Source of the DNA: Chrysomallon squamiferum
Lineage: Eukaryota > Animalia > Mollusca
Reading direction: 5' to 3'
DNA: 64,000 nt
NCBI GenBank assembly: GCA_012295275.1
Contig: CM022672.1
Span: 13,082,001 to 13,146,000 of the forward strand
Shown here: piece by piece, positions 41,503 to 52,367 of the stretch
Layout of the letters: each line of letters opens with the position of its first letter
Numbering within the stretch: the stretch's first letter is position 1
Notes under the pieces: generated by a model
What the model was told of the DNA's origin: nothing
The model's input: the letters and a program-made list of their open reading frames with translations, nothing else
Database searches by the model: none
Translations under genes and position numbers: made by a program

Positions 41503-44500
41503 ATAGAGTTGAAACTGGTCTAATTGTCACCTAGTTATAAGCATTTCCTTCTTTAAATGACCTGTACAGAATGGTCACTTGTCTATAATGGTCAGCAGCC
41601 ACTATTGTTTTTATGGAAAATTGTCAACAGAACCTGCTAGAACAGTCACAGCATTTCAGAAATTTCAAAATCCACTAAGTTCCACCAACTGTAACTGAAA
41701 AACAAACTTGCATTCAACAACTTCTCTGACACAGTATTACACGGCATCGGTGCCTTAATTTGACTGGATCTCTGTTTTCACACTCAAGGCAGTTAATAGC
41801 TGTTTAAGCATCTAGCTGTCACTGACTGTTCATAATGCATTTTTTAACCATTGTTACTGCTATGTATAATTACGCTATGCTAGCTAAGAAAAATCAAAGA
41901 GAGTTGTAAGTTAGGTGTTCAATATAACTGATAAAGAAACATAACAGCAGTCAATAAAGTAAGTTAAGACTAAGTTAAGAGTACGTTTATAGTGACTGCT
42001 TGTTTGGCTACTGAAGAATCAATCTCTCCCACCGGATTAACAGTGACATGAAATAAAAACATGCCATCTCAATAACAGCTTTCAGTAAAATATACTATTT
42101 TCTGAAAGTTAATGTCAGTATTTCCTGAGGTTTTATGCAAAATTCCACTGAAAAATTGTTTGACTTTAGCACTGGAAAATCAACATTATTAAAAAAAAAA
42201 TCTGAACAATAAATTTAAGTGGACAAAAGATTCCTATCATGTGTTGTAAGCCATTCTCATGGAAAACAGTCAAAATAACAATTTTAAAAAGTGAACCAGA
42301 TTCTTTTCTATACTGTTATTACTTACTATCATGGAAATTTTGTTATAAAATAAAAATGCTATTTCTCTTAAAACTATTTGTAGTTCTCAATGACAGTTGC
42401 AATATAGGGCAAAACAATTATAATAAAAATTAAATCAAGAGCCTGTATATAATGAACACCTGCCTATAATGGTTATGACTGTGTGTATGACTGTGTGTGT
42501 ATGTGTGTGTGAGTGCTAGTGTGTATATGATTTTTGTGTTTGTGTTAATATGTAAAATTATTTTTTTTTGCAGTATGACCTAAGTCAGTCTTGCCCAGCT
42601 GAAATTCCTTGGCAGAAAGCAGCAGACATGTTGGAGAGCTGTCTTAAATCTCTTGGTGGACAAAAAGTTCTTACTGAGGATGAGAAAAAATACTTAGCAG
42701 GAAAAATGACTGGTATATGTGCACAATTATAAAACATTGTCATGCATGTGTGTATGTCTGCTTGCTGACAGACAGAAACATAGACACACACATACACATA
42801 CACACAATTACATACATACACATATACACTTATATACTTACATCTTTGATAAACATAATAAATCTCAGACATATTTGTATATTTTGTACCTGGATGAGCG
42901 TACTATGTAGCTACAAGTTTATAAATAATTATTTTATTCAAACTTACTATTAATCTTTGCTAGTCATAAAGTATGTCAGTAAAATAAGAAGACTGTTATT
43001 TTCTCCCTTTTTCATGGTACCAGTGTGTAAATTGCTGGTAAAGATGGAGGTGGCAGTAACTTTATAATAATTTACTATTAATTTGTGTGTGTGTGTTATT
43101 GCTTTTATAAAAAATAAAATTATTATTTTAATTTTTGTTATGCAATACTATCTTGACAAAGAGAAAATGTCAACTTTTATACAAATTTTCCAGCCTGTTA
43201 TTTTATTGTTATTAAAAATTATACTTTACTATCAGCAAACCAAAGTCACCATATTAAAAAACAAAATAACACTGGTAACTGTACAATATTGTTAGGCAAT
43301 TTGTACATATCATTGTAATACATTTATTAAATGCAAGTTAAGACATTATTATTTCTTTCAGGAAAAGATATAAAAGTAATACTGAAGCTAATGTTTCATT
43401 TAATCACTTCTGTGAAACAAATAAGGTAAATTTTTCAGTTCTTTTTCAAACCTATTTCCATCTATATATCATCAAACATGAAATTGTTGTGTACTTAAAT
43501 CAGTGACCTAACTTTCTAAAGTTATAGCTTCCCAGTAAAACTGTTCTTGTTTGACAGTCAGTCTATCTGCATAATCACAATGTCTAAATAAGAAATCAGA
43601 ATAGGTACTGAGATGTTTTGATATCAACTGTTAAATATTTTTTCCTCAAAATCTGCCATGATGGATGATCGCATACATGAACAAAAACAGTAGCCATTAC
43701 ACATGGGTAGTACAAATTCATGAATGTTATTATTTGAGTTTTTTCACATTTTCTGTTAATAAAATGTACTAGTATCACAAGTAGAAAGAATATATATATT
43801 ATAATTTTTTTCAGGGCAAGGATAAAAACAATGACAGGACAGTTGTTGACTGTGCTTTTTTCCGCTGGTTTTTGGGAATCCGAAACCTTATATCTGATTA
43901 CTTGCTAGAACCCTGGAAAAATGGGTGAGTAAATTTTAATTTCTGCCTTTAATTACAAGATAACTGTACATTTTGTAAAATAGTCCAAGAATATTTCAGC
44001 CAATAAAATATTCCATAAAATCCTAAATATTTTATCCAATAAAATATTCTGCAGAATCAAAAACATTGTAGGCAGTCAAAGAATAGATCAGCTGTTATTT
44101 CTTCATCAAATTCCCTTCTGAAAGGAAATAGTTATAAAATAGCATTAGTGCCTTTGTGACCATAGAAGGTTTAGTTTGTGTATCTACTTATAATAGCATT
44201 AGCTCATAACGCAGTGACTATCCTCACCTTTAAATGTTTTGTTCCTCCTACTGGCTTTCGCACTAACATTTAATTTGGTGTGTCCTTTTAAAATCGTCCA
44301 GTTAATCCAACCTGAAAATATCTCATTTTTTTTTTTTAAGCACTTGTTTTCAGTTTTCTCTCACAGAAGCTGCAGCCTTTTTGTCCATGATTTCCAAATT
44401 CCCTTTCAAACACAATCTTTCTAACATTTTGACTGGTCTTGAAATGTACTAGTCAACCACAAAATAAGCAAAAATCAGTTACTGATTATTTTTTTTAACT

Positions 44501-44686
44501 GAAGTCATTTTGTTTTTCCGTAACAACATAATTATTTTCAATGTTTTTGCATTCCAAATCCGAAATATTGACACTTCAGCTTCAGGAAAATTTAAATTCA
44601 TTTTTGGCCAAATCCTATCCCAGTAGTTTCTAAACTGGTTTTAGAATTTTAAGTTTCATTATAATAATAATAATAATAATAATAAC

Positions 44687-44742
<56 letters not shown>

Positions 44743-47700
44743 GTATCTTTTCTGTTAAACTGTAACACAGAAATTTTATGTTTTTTGTTTAGGGATTTAT
44801 GGTTGTTTTCATAACTTCTGTTCAGAATTAAACTCCTGAGAATAAACTTTGAAAGAGATGTTAACACAGATAAGTGAACAGGTGGCAGCCATGTCCAGTT
44901 ATGAATTTACATATCAGATGAGCCTTGGTCTTTGACCACAGCTTTTTTTTTCTTTTTTCTTTAAATTTTATATTAATATTTCTTGTGATTAGCCATGTGA
45001 TCAGTCTAATAAACTATGGATGTTAAAATGTTTTCTATTTCAGTGTCATTAAAGGTTTCATCACTTCATCAAATGCTAAAAAGCGCATTGACAAAGAAGA
45101 ACCAGGAACATTTCTAATCCGGTTTTCTGAAAGCTATGTCAGGGGTGACTTCCAGGGTGTTACTGGTGGTATTGTCGTTGTGGTCAAGACAGATAACAAA
45201 GGTTTTTATATTTGTACAAGTTTTGAAAATGATTTTAATTGTGATTCATTAAAACGAAATGGCAAGAACCCCAACAGGAGAATTAAATGAATTCTGTGCA
45301 AGACATTTTATGGATTACAATTTGAAGCTTCTATGTTGCAAAGACTAGTGTAGAATTAACATTGATAAACAATGAAATAACGGAAAACATGATATTGAAA
45401 TAGGGATTGATGATTTCATTTTCATTTCTTTCAAATAATGACCCATAAGAATTTCAAAAGTTTTGTTGCATGACGTTCCAGATTTATTTCTAAGTTCTTT
45501 GTTTCATGAAAACAAAAATCTGGTTTGTGCGCAATTAGTTCTGATAATCAGAGCTAATGATGTTTTTATCTGATGCAAAACTTCACAGCCTTCTGTTTAA
45601 TGTTGTAATTAGTTGTGTATTTATCAAATGAAACAGTTCTCAGTATTGTCAGTCTTAATATTGCATTTTGATATGTATTTATGAAGTGAAAAACTTCAGA
45701 ATATTTTCAGTATTAATGTTTATTCATATGTTTATTTATGAAGTCAAAAACTTCACAATATATTCAGTTAATACTGAATTTAGACACTAAAACTTCACAA
45801 TATATTCAGTGTTAATATTGAATTTAGGCACTAAAACTGAACTGTATTTGCAGTGTTAATGTTGAATTTAGATGTTTATTTTCAAAGTGCAAAACTGCCC
45901 AGTATATTAAGTGTTAATGTTATATTTAGCCACTACAACTTCACAATATTTTCTAGTGTTAATATTGAATTGAGTCACTAAAACTTCAGAATATTAGCCA
46001 TTAAAACTTTGCAGTTTTATTTTTTAAATGTTAATATTGAATTTAGCCACTACAACTTCACAAAATTTCAATGTTAATACTGAATTCAGCCATTAAAACT
46101 TCGCAACATTATTTTTTTAATGTTAATGTTGAATTTAGCCACTTACAATTCACAGTTTATTCAGTATTGAATGTAGGCACAAAACTTTACAATAGTTTCA
46201 ATAATTATGTTATATTTAATTCTTTGTACAATTTTCAGTGATAGAAACACCACCAAGAACAGAGGAGAATTTTTCTAGTCTCAGTTTGTACAAAGTCCTA
46301 CAGAGAATCTGCCAGAAGGATAAAACAAATGAGTGTCTGTTAAAACAGATTTACCCATCAGGCATACCATTTGAAGAGGCTTTTCAGAAGTACAATAAAT
46401 GTCCAGGTATTAATAAATACAAAAATATCTGTCTCTTTAACATAAATAATCACGTTTTTTAGTGTTTATTTCTATGTAAATGTCTATCTCATTAGCATAA
46501 AGAAATAATAATTGTTATCTTTCAACATAAATAATCACTTTTATCTCTTTAAAATAAATAATTTAAAAAAAAAAAAAATTATCTCTTTAATATACAGAAA
46601 TAATCACTTTTTAAATATTTATCTCTTTTAACATAAATCTTTCTTTTTTTCAGAAGTATGACACATACCAAATTATCACTAATAATGTCTCTTTAACCCA
46701 AATAAATAATAAAAAAAAAATAAAAATATTTATCTGTTTAATTTAAAGAAATAATCACATTTTAATTATTTAACTCTTTAATATAAAAATAATTGCTTAA
46801 ATATTTCTTTTTAACATAAATGATCAGTTTTCAGAAGTATAATATATATGAAATTATTAGTAATAAAGAAAACATATGTCACCATAACATAAATAAATAA
46901 AAACTTTTTAAATATTTATCTCTAAAATAATCTTTCTAAAATAAAGAAATAATCACATTTTAAACATCTTTTTTTTTAAAGAAACAGTTTTTAAATATTT
47001 AATTATTTGACATAAAGAAATGATTTGCTTTTAAATATTTTTCTTTATTTTTGTTGAACAAAACACTAAATATTTACCTCTTTACATAAAAAAAAATTAT
47101 CTTTTAAATAACATAAATTAACATAAATAATCACTTTTAAAATATTTTCATCTATTTAACATAAATTACTTTTTAAATATTTTATCTATTTGATATAACT
47201 ATTAACTTTTTAACATTTTTATCTATTTAGCATAATAAATGTTCATTTTTGAAAGATTTCTCTTTAACAGAATAATCACTTTTTGATATTTTTTGTCTGT
47301 TTAACATAAATAATAACTTTTTAAATATTTATCTCGTTTACCATAAAGAAATAATTACTTTTCAGAAGTATATTACATGCCCATCTATAAATAAACAGAG
47401 AAATATTTATTTAGCATAAAGTAAAGACATATTTAACGCTATTTTAATTTGCAGTTATATCTCATCAGAGAAATGAGTAAAGACCTTCCAGATAATGAAA
47501 TAGAATAAAATGGACTTCTGCCTTGCAATGGACTACTCTTTTTCAGTTATCAACAAGAGAACAATTACATACTTGTTTGGATGGTTTAAAAATACACACC
47601 ATTGCATTTGGTAGACAAAATAACTTAAAAAATAACAAACTGGATCAAAATTAGGCAAAACTGATCTTAAGATGAACATTATTACACTTTCATATTTGTT

Positions 47701-49088
47701 AACACATAATTGTCAAAATATCATTAGAGATTTCAGTAAAGATTACTCATACAGTAAAGGCATTCATTTTAATTAAAATACAAATTTAAAATGTCTAATA
47801 AAATGTAGATGTGGAATATGAAGTAGGGATTGTGGAACTGGATTGAGAAAGTAGCATTACTGAATTGGAGCTCAGAGTGTAGAAAAAAACACACTATTTA
47901 TATTTTAATTTCCATTTTTTATTTTATTTTATTTTTTTTCCAGATTTGAAAAATTCACAATATCAAAGATATCGTCATTTTATGAATGTTTTGGTGCCTA
48001 ATTTCAGGTATTACGTAAATAAAATATTTATTTTCCAATTAATCACTGATTAAAACTATCTTGATCTTTATCATTATTTTGGTGTGATTTCAGGTGTTAT
48101 GTAAATAAAATATTTATTATTTATTTTCCAATTAATTATTAATTAACTATTTCATAACTTTACAACTGTTTTGGTGGCCAATTTCAGGTACTATTTAGAT
48201 AAAACATTTATTTTCCAATTAATCTTTGATTACTTTGACTGAACTAATCATTTAAATTTTAGTTTGGTTACTTTTAACATTTGAAATTCATACTTGCATG
48301 TAAGTTATACAATTACCGTGTTTTTCAGTTTAAGATATATTTGTCATATTGTTTTTCATAGTTCTCTTACTATATCTGAAGAGAGCCATGAGAGCAGCAT
48401 GGAAGTTACAGATGATGTGAAAGTTGAGGTGTCACAAGACACTGAGGTTAAAACAAAAGGAAAACGTGTAAAAAAAGGCAGGAGTAATATGAATCGCCAT
48501 GAAAAGCCATCTGTACCAAATATTCCTGTAGAACTGATGGGTAAGAATAACTTTTTTTCTCTTGAATTTAAAGCATTATAAAGAATAAAAAATTAGAAAA
48601 TTTTAGATTTTTGGACTTATTGTAATTTTTATGTTTTTGTAGGTTTTTTTGTTAAACCAGATCCTGGTCCTTCAAACAGGCAGCAGGCTAATACCCTGAG
48701 AGTTCCAACCAAAGCTAGTTTGAAAAGACAACGACTTTCTTGTGATTCAACAAGTGGAGGGACAGTAACGAGTTTCTGTGAATCACCCACGCCCTTACTC
48801 ATTCACCTGCCGGAAAATAACGAGCAAGAGAAAGAAAGTTTGCCAAATTTCCATCTCCTTGATGAGCGTCGTCATATTGTTGATCAGCCAGTCCAAGATG
48901 GAGCTATCCAGTACAATATATGCATTTCTGATCAGAGTGCCATTTTTCTCCAGTCCCAGCACTCTCCGAGTTCAGATGGAAGTAATCAGTTATCTGAAAG
49001 TCAGTCTCCTGAGGACATTACTGAATCAATAGACTTGCGTGAAATCAGCCCCTCAATTTCTGCACATATCCTTAGTCAGAGTATGTAA
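32525..49088 (+). CDS. STAT: Divergent STAT transcription factor (N-domain, coiled coil, DNA-binding, linker, SH2, pTyr tail, long C-terminal region), 19 coding exons, about 920 aa; two apparent 1-nt frameshifts in this assembly
   Basis: Exons 32525-32667, 34107-34259*, 35102-35179, 35618-35710, 36417-36483, 37737-37849, 38239-38387, 39588-39758, 39907-39999, 40505-40781, 41166-41261, 42574-42712, 43362-43425*, 43815-43924, 45044-45201, 46239-46406, 47944-48007, 48362-48540, 48643-49088 (* = one base short of frame). STAT hallmarks: MSQ..IYKDFPHFVR..ADFIE, QWKNKQKLA, TFVVVEQPPELLK..FSATV, TMSLPI..NQ..AALTW, IPWQKA..LTEDEKKYLAGK, FFRWFLGI..PWKNGVIKGFI..PGTFLIRFSES, IYP..EEAFQKY, then SQYQRY. 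Confidence 0.9.
33054..33643. mobile_element. 590-bp non-autonomous DNA transposon (MITE) with 24-bp TIRs and 4-bp TSD, possibly Sola2-like
   Basis: AATA|GGGTCATTCCGTGTCAAATCACCC ... GGGTGATTTGACATGGAATGACGC|AATA (2 mismatches). Sub-terminal inverted repeat AAACCCGACCGTC (about 33087) / GACGGTCGGGTTT (about 33587). Superfamily inferred only from the GRG terminus and 4-bp TSD. Confidence 0.88.
35205..35312. repeat. Compound (TATT)n/(ATT)n microsatellite
   Basis: Read directly. Confidence 0.9.
36545..36634. repeat. (TTTTA)n/(TTTTG)n microsatellite
   Basis: Read directly. Confidence 0.92.
38525..38752. repeat. About 20-bp minisatellite, consensus CCTTTCATAGCCATGTGTAT, roughly 11 degenerate copies
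   Basis: Repeated 'cctttcata(g/a)cc..gtgt(a/g)t' blocks. Confidence 0.8.
38779..39195. mobile_element. Old Tc1/mariner-type MITE remnant
   Basis: TA|CTGTTGACCCTCGATTTCA ... TGATATTCAGGTTCAACAG|TA: imperfect TIRs with TA flanks. Confidence 0.55.
44660..44740. repeat. Inverted (AAT)n / (ATT)n microsatellite pair
   Basis: About 8 AAT units immediately followed by about 17 TAT/ATT units. Confidence 0.9.
45640..46240 (+). repeat. About 42-bp minisatellite, consensus GTTAATATTGAATTTAGCCACTAAAACTTCACAATATATTCAGT, more than 10 copies
   Basis: Repeated blocks run up to the acceptor of STAT exon 46239. Confidence 0.85.
46380..47420 (+). repeat. Degenerate tandem array built from the exon-46406 donor region
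   Basis: TTTTCAGAAGTA at 46381 (exonic) and near 46627, 46828 and 47359, with many ATCTCTTTAACATAAATAATCACTTTT subunits. Confidence 0.75.
47988..48235 (+). repeat. Three tandem copies (86-94 bp) of the STAT pTyr-exon donor junction
   Basis: TTTTGGTG..ATTTCAG|GT...ATAAAA.ATTTATTTTCCAATTAAT, with donors after 48007, 48093 and 48187. Confidence 0.85.
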
Positions 49089-49795
49089 ACTCTACCAAGT
49101 CGAAATGTTCAGAGAGATCAATGGCAGATCCCTGACTTCAGAAAAAGCATGAGGTGCTTTTAGTTACGTAGACATAATTTTCAAAGACGCACATCTCCTG
49201 CATTGATGTATGGATTAATCATTTCTGTAATTAATTTAAGGGAAATTTGCTTGAACAGATTTGTGAAACCATACAAACATGCAAGAAAGACTTGTTCTGA
49301 TATATTAAAACTGGGTTTTTTTGTTTTTTTTCTTATTATCATTATATTTGTGAGTTTTCCAGTTTTGTGTCAGGTTTGTGTACTTGTACAAATGTATCAT
49401 ATAAATTTTATTGTTAAAATTTCATAATTATAACTTTGCAAACACTGATTCAAATATAAAATGCTGGTAAAGAATGATTTTTGTAAATAACAATAAGAAT
49501 TTAATAATAACATTAGCTGAAATAAATTAACAGATGATTTTATATAGTTCAACTGATTAAATTAATATTTGAGGTATGTTCTATATGTATTGATATTTGC
49601 ATGTCCATTTTTGATTCTTAAATTTCTATCTGTTTGTGAAAAATATATTTTGTTTTATTATTATTTTTTATTTTATTTATATTATTATTATTATTTATTT
49701 TTTGTATGACAAACATAAAAAAGATTTTCTGAGGTACATTTTGCATAGTTCCAAAGACATAAAATAATATTCATATTTTTTCTTTTGTTTGTGTT

Positions 49796-49798
<3 letters not shown>

Positions 49799-49888
<90 letters not shown>
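49799..49888. repeat. (GA)n microsatellite, about 45 units
   Basis: Read directly. Confidence 0.97.
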
Positions 49889-49890
<2 letters not shown>

Positions 49891-50292
49891 CCTGTGCATT
49901 GTTTAAAAAACATTTAAGTTAAAATAGTTAGAACATATTTATTAAATCATGCTGTCTCTATAGAGTATTCAAAGTATTTTGTTTCTAAACCTTTATTAAT
50001 TTTATTGAAAAATAAACATTATTTAAAGGCTGTTATCCCAGATTGCATTGATTTAACCTAAATAAGAGACAGTAATGTTTTATTACATTTTCTTTTGTAC
50101 TGTTTTTATGATCGTAGTCTTTGTTCAGGTTTATGGATTAGTTTTATTGGGATATGTTATCAGTGTGCCTTATTATTATTATTTCACATTTATTCTAATA
50201 AAATAAAACACAAAACACACTGTTTTTATTTTTTTTAACTTGTGTACTGATAAATAATGTATATTTTATTAAATATCTCTGTGATTATAATA

Positions 50293-50525
50293 AAGTGGTA
50301 CCTTGACCCATACGCATGCCCCAACTTAAAAGTTTTTCGAGTTAGGAGCAGTCACCTGCTCATTTTTTTGCATTAAGTTGGCACAACAAACAGAACAACA
50401 TCTGGCCACCACCCCACATCTCACTCATTTATTTCATGTTGTTACCTTGCCATGGAAGCATGTCTGTTGTGTTGTGCTCGCATTTTTGTGTTGTGCTCGC
50501 ATTTTGTGCAGTATCTTTGCAAACA
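50293..50525 (+). mobile_element. 5' fragment of the same Tigger/pogo-like family as 20409-21131
   Basis: AGTGGTACCTTGAC..., CGAGTTAGGAGCAGTCACCTG and GCATGTCTGTTGTGTTGTGCTCGCATTTTGTGCAGTAT match 20410-20440 and 20573-20618. Confidence 0.75.
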
Positions 50526-52367
50526 TAACAACAACAACAATAAGAATAAACAAAATAAATCACAAAGCTATTAATAATAACTAAAAGCATGATCTATGAT
50601 GAGAATCCTTCAAAATCAAGAAAACAACATGACAATGTGGTTTTTACTCAGATTGACAATAAGTGTCAAGATTTTCACCATATTAATGAGTAATACAATT
50701 TCAACATTTTCAGACATTTGTATTTTAATAATGATGATGATGACGATCAAAAATTAAATTATATATATGTATCTATTTGATTTCATGAAAGCATCTTGTC
50801 AAGGCTTGATTTTAAAAAGATGTGTTAACGTTTGTGAAGTTTACAAAAAAAGAAATACTCAAAAAATTATAATAATAAATCTTTAAAATCAAAATCAAAA
50901 TCAAATTATGATATAAAGTTATAAATAAAAGATGTTTGAAAAACATGGCACAAAAAAAAAGAAGAAAAAAGAAAAGAAATGAAAACTGAAAGAAATATCT
51001 TATGTGTATTTGCTTTTTTACTGTAAAAATATATTAAAAACAATTTCAACACGTACTAAATAACTGACAGTTTTTATATTTCAGTGTCTACAGACTGTTC
51101 AATTAATAATGCACGATACACATTTTCTATTTTCAGAATAATGAAAGCCTTTTGATTGTACTGAAAAGAGTTTATTTATAAACAGATGTTATTTTAGTGT
51201 TTTAATATTAAGAATTTTGCTTAGTGTTCTAATATTTTGAAGTTTTTTAAAAGTAACTTTTTTTGAAAATACTGCTGATGTTGTTAACTGTCTTAAAGTT
51301 TTCTTCCTCCCTCAGATTAAACTAAAAATATTTATTATGATTATTATTATTCTGCATATACTTTAAAAGATCTCATTTCTTTTAAGATGTCTAAAGATAA
51401 TATAACAGCCTGCTTCTGTAACACTTTATCCTGATAACTATACAGCTTTTCACCAAATATAAAGATATTTTATAAAGATGTTAATAAAATAATTTCTGAA
51501 AAGTTAAATGCCCAGTCAGTGTCACACAAGCCTAATAATGAAGAAACCAAAGCATATATCTGTGTATACATATAGAGATATGCACATGGACAAAAACAGC
51601 AACACATGCACACAGATACACAGAAACCACAGAAATAACATAGACATGTTCATTTGTCTAAGCACTGGGAATCTAATTTACATTACACAAGTGCAACTGT
51701 AACACTAAGGTCCTGAAATTTTTTAAATGGTCTTACAAAACCTTTTTTTTATTAATGTTAATTATGGAAAGTGATTAGCAAGCTCTGATAATACTTAATA
51801 TATTTCATTTTGAATAAAAGAAACACAAAAACATGACCATGCATAATCTGCCACCCACCACCACCCAGTTGTTAAAAAAAGATATATCTGATTTGAATAG
51901 AGTAATGCTGTTACAAAATAACAATATCACGTGTGATATTTTATAGTTACAAAGTTAAATACTTTATAATTACACTTGGTTGGCTTAAAATGAATATACA
52001 TTATAAAATAAAAAATAAATAATAAACGAAAAATGATAAATATAGAAAAAAATAATAAGGCTTAAAAGATACTGAGTAATAAAAAAAAAAGTTTTGTTAT
52101 AATGGAGAAAGACTCTGAGCCACTAACATTTCACATTTAAGCAAACAAGATTATACAACATAATTACATACACAACAGATACAACATAATCAACAAAAAT
52201 CAGAAACTCCATTTATATCAAGTCAGAAACTTTTTAATACTGTAGTAAGTGCATTCCTGCCATTGCAGCAAACAGACATAAATATTTTTAATGTACACAT
52301 ATACATAATTTTAGAGATTTATATATTAACACATTTTCAACATTTTAATGTTTGATCCAATCAAAAG

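Noticed and set aside
41500-42480. Possible pogo-like transposon remnant (repeated CCTGTCTATAATGG-like words at about 41575 and 42458)
   Set aside because: The words are direct rather than inverted, and no TIR pair or TSD could be defined.
42713-43361. U12 or other non-canonical intron explaining frameshift 2
   Set aside because: The 5' end GTATATGT lacks the RTATCCTT signature, and the one candidate microexon (43024-43037) has the wrong phase.
45640-46240. CRISPR-like periodicity
   Set aside because: Eukaryotic intron; units are degenerate and contiguous, with no unique spacers or cas genes.
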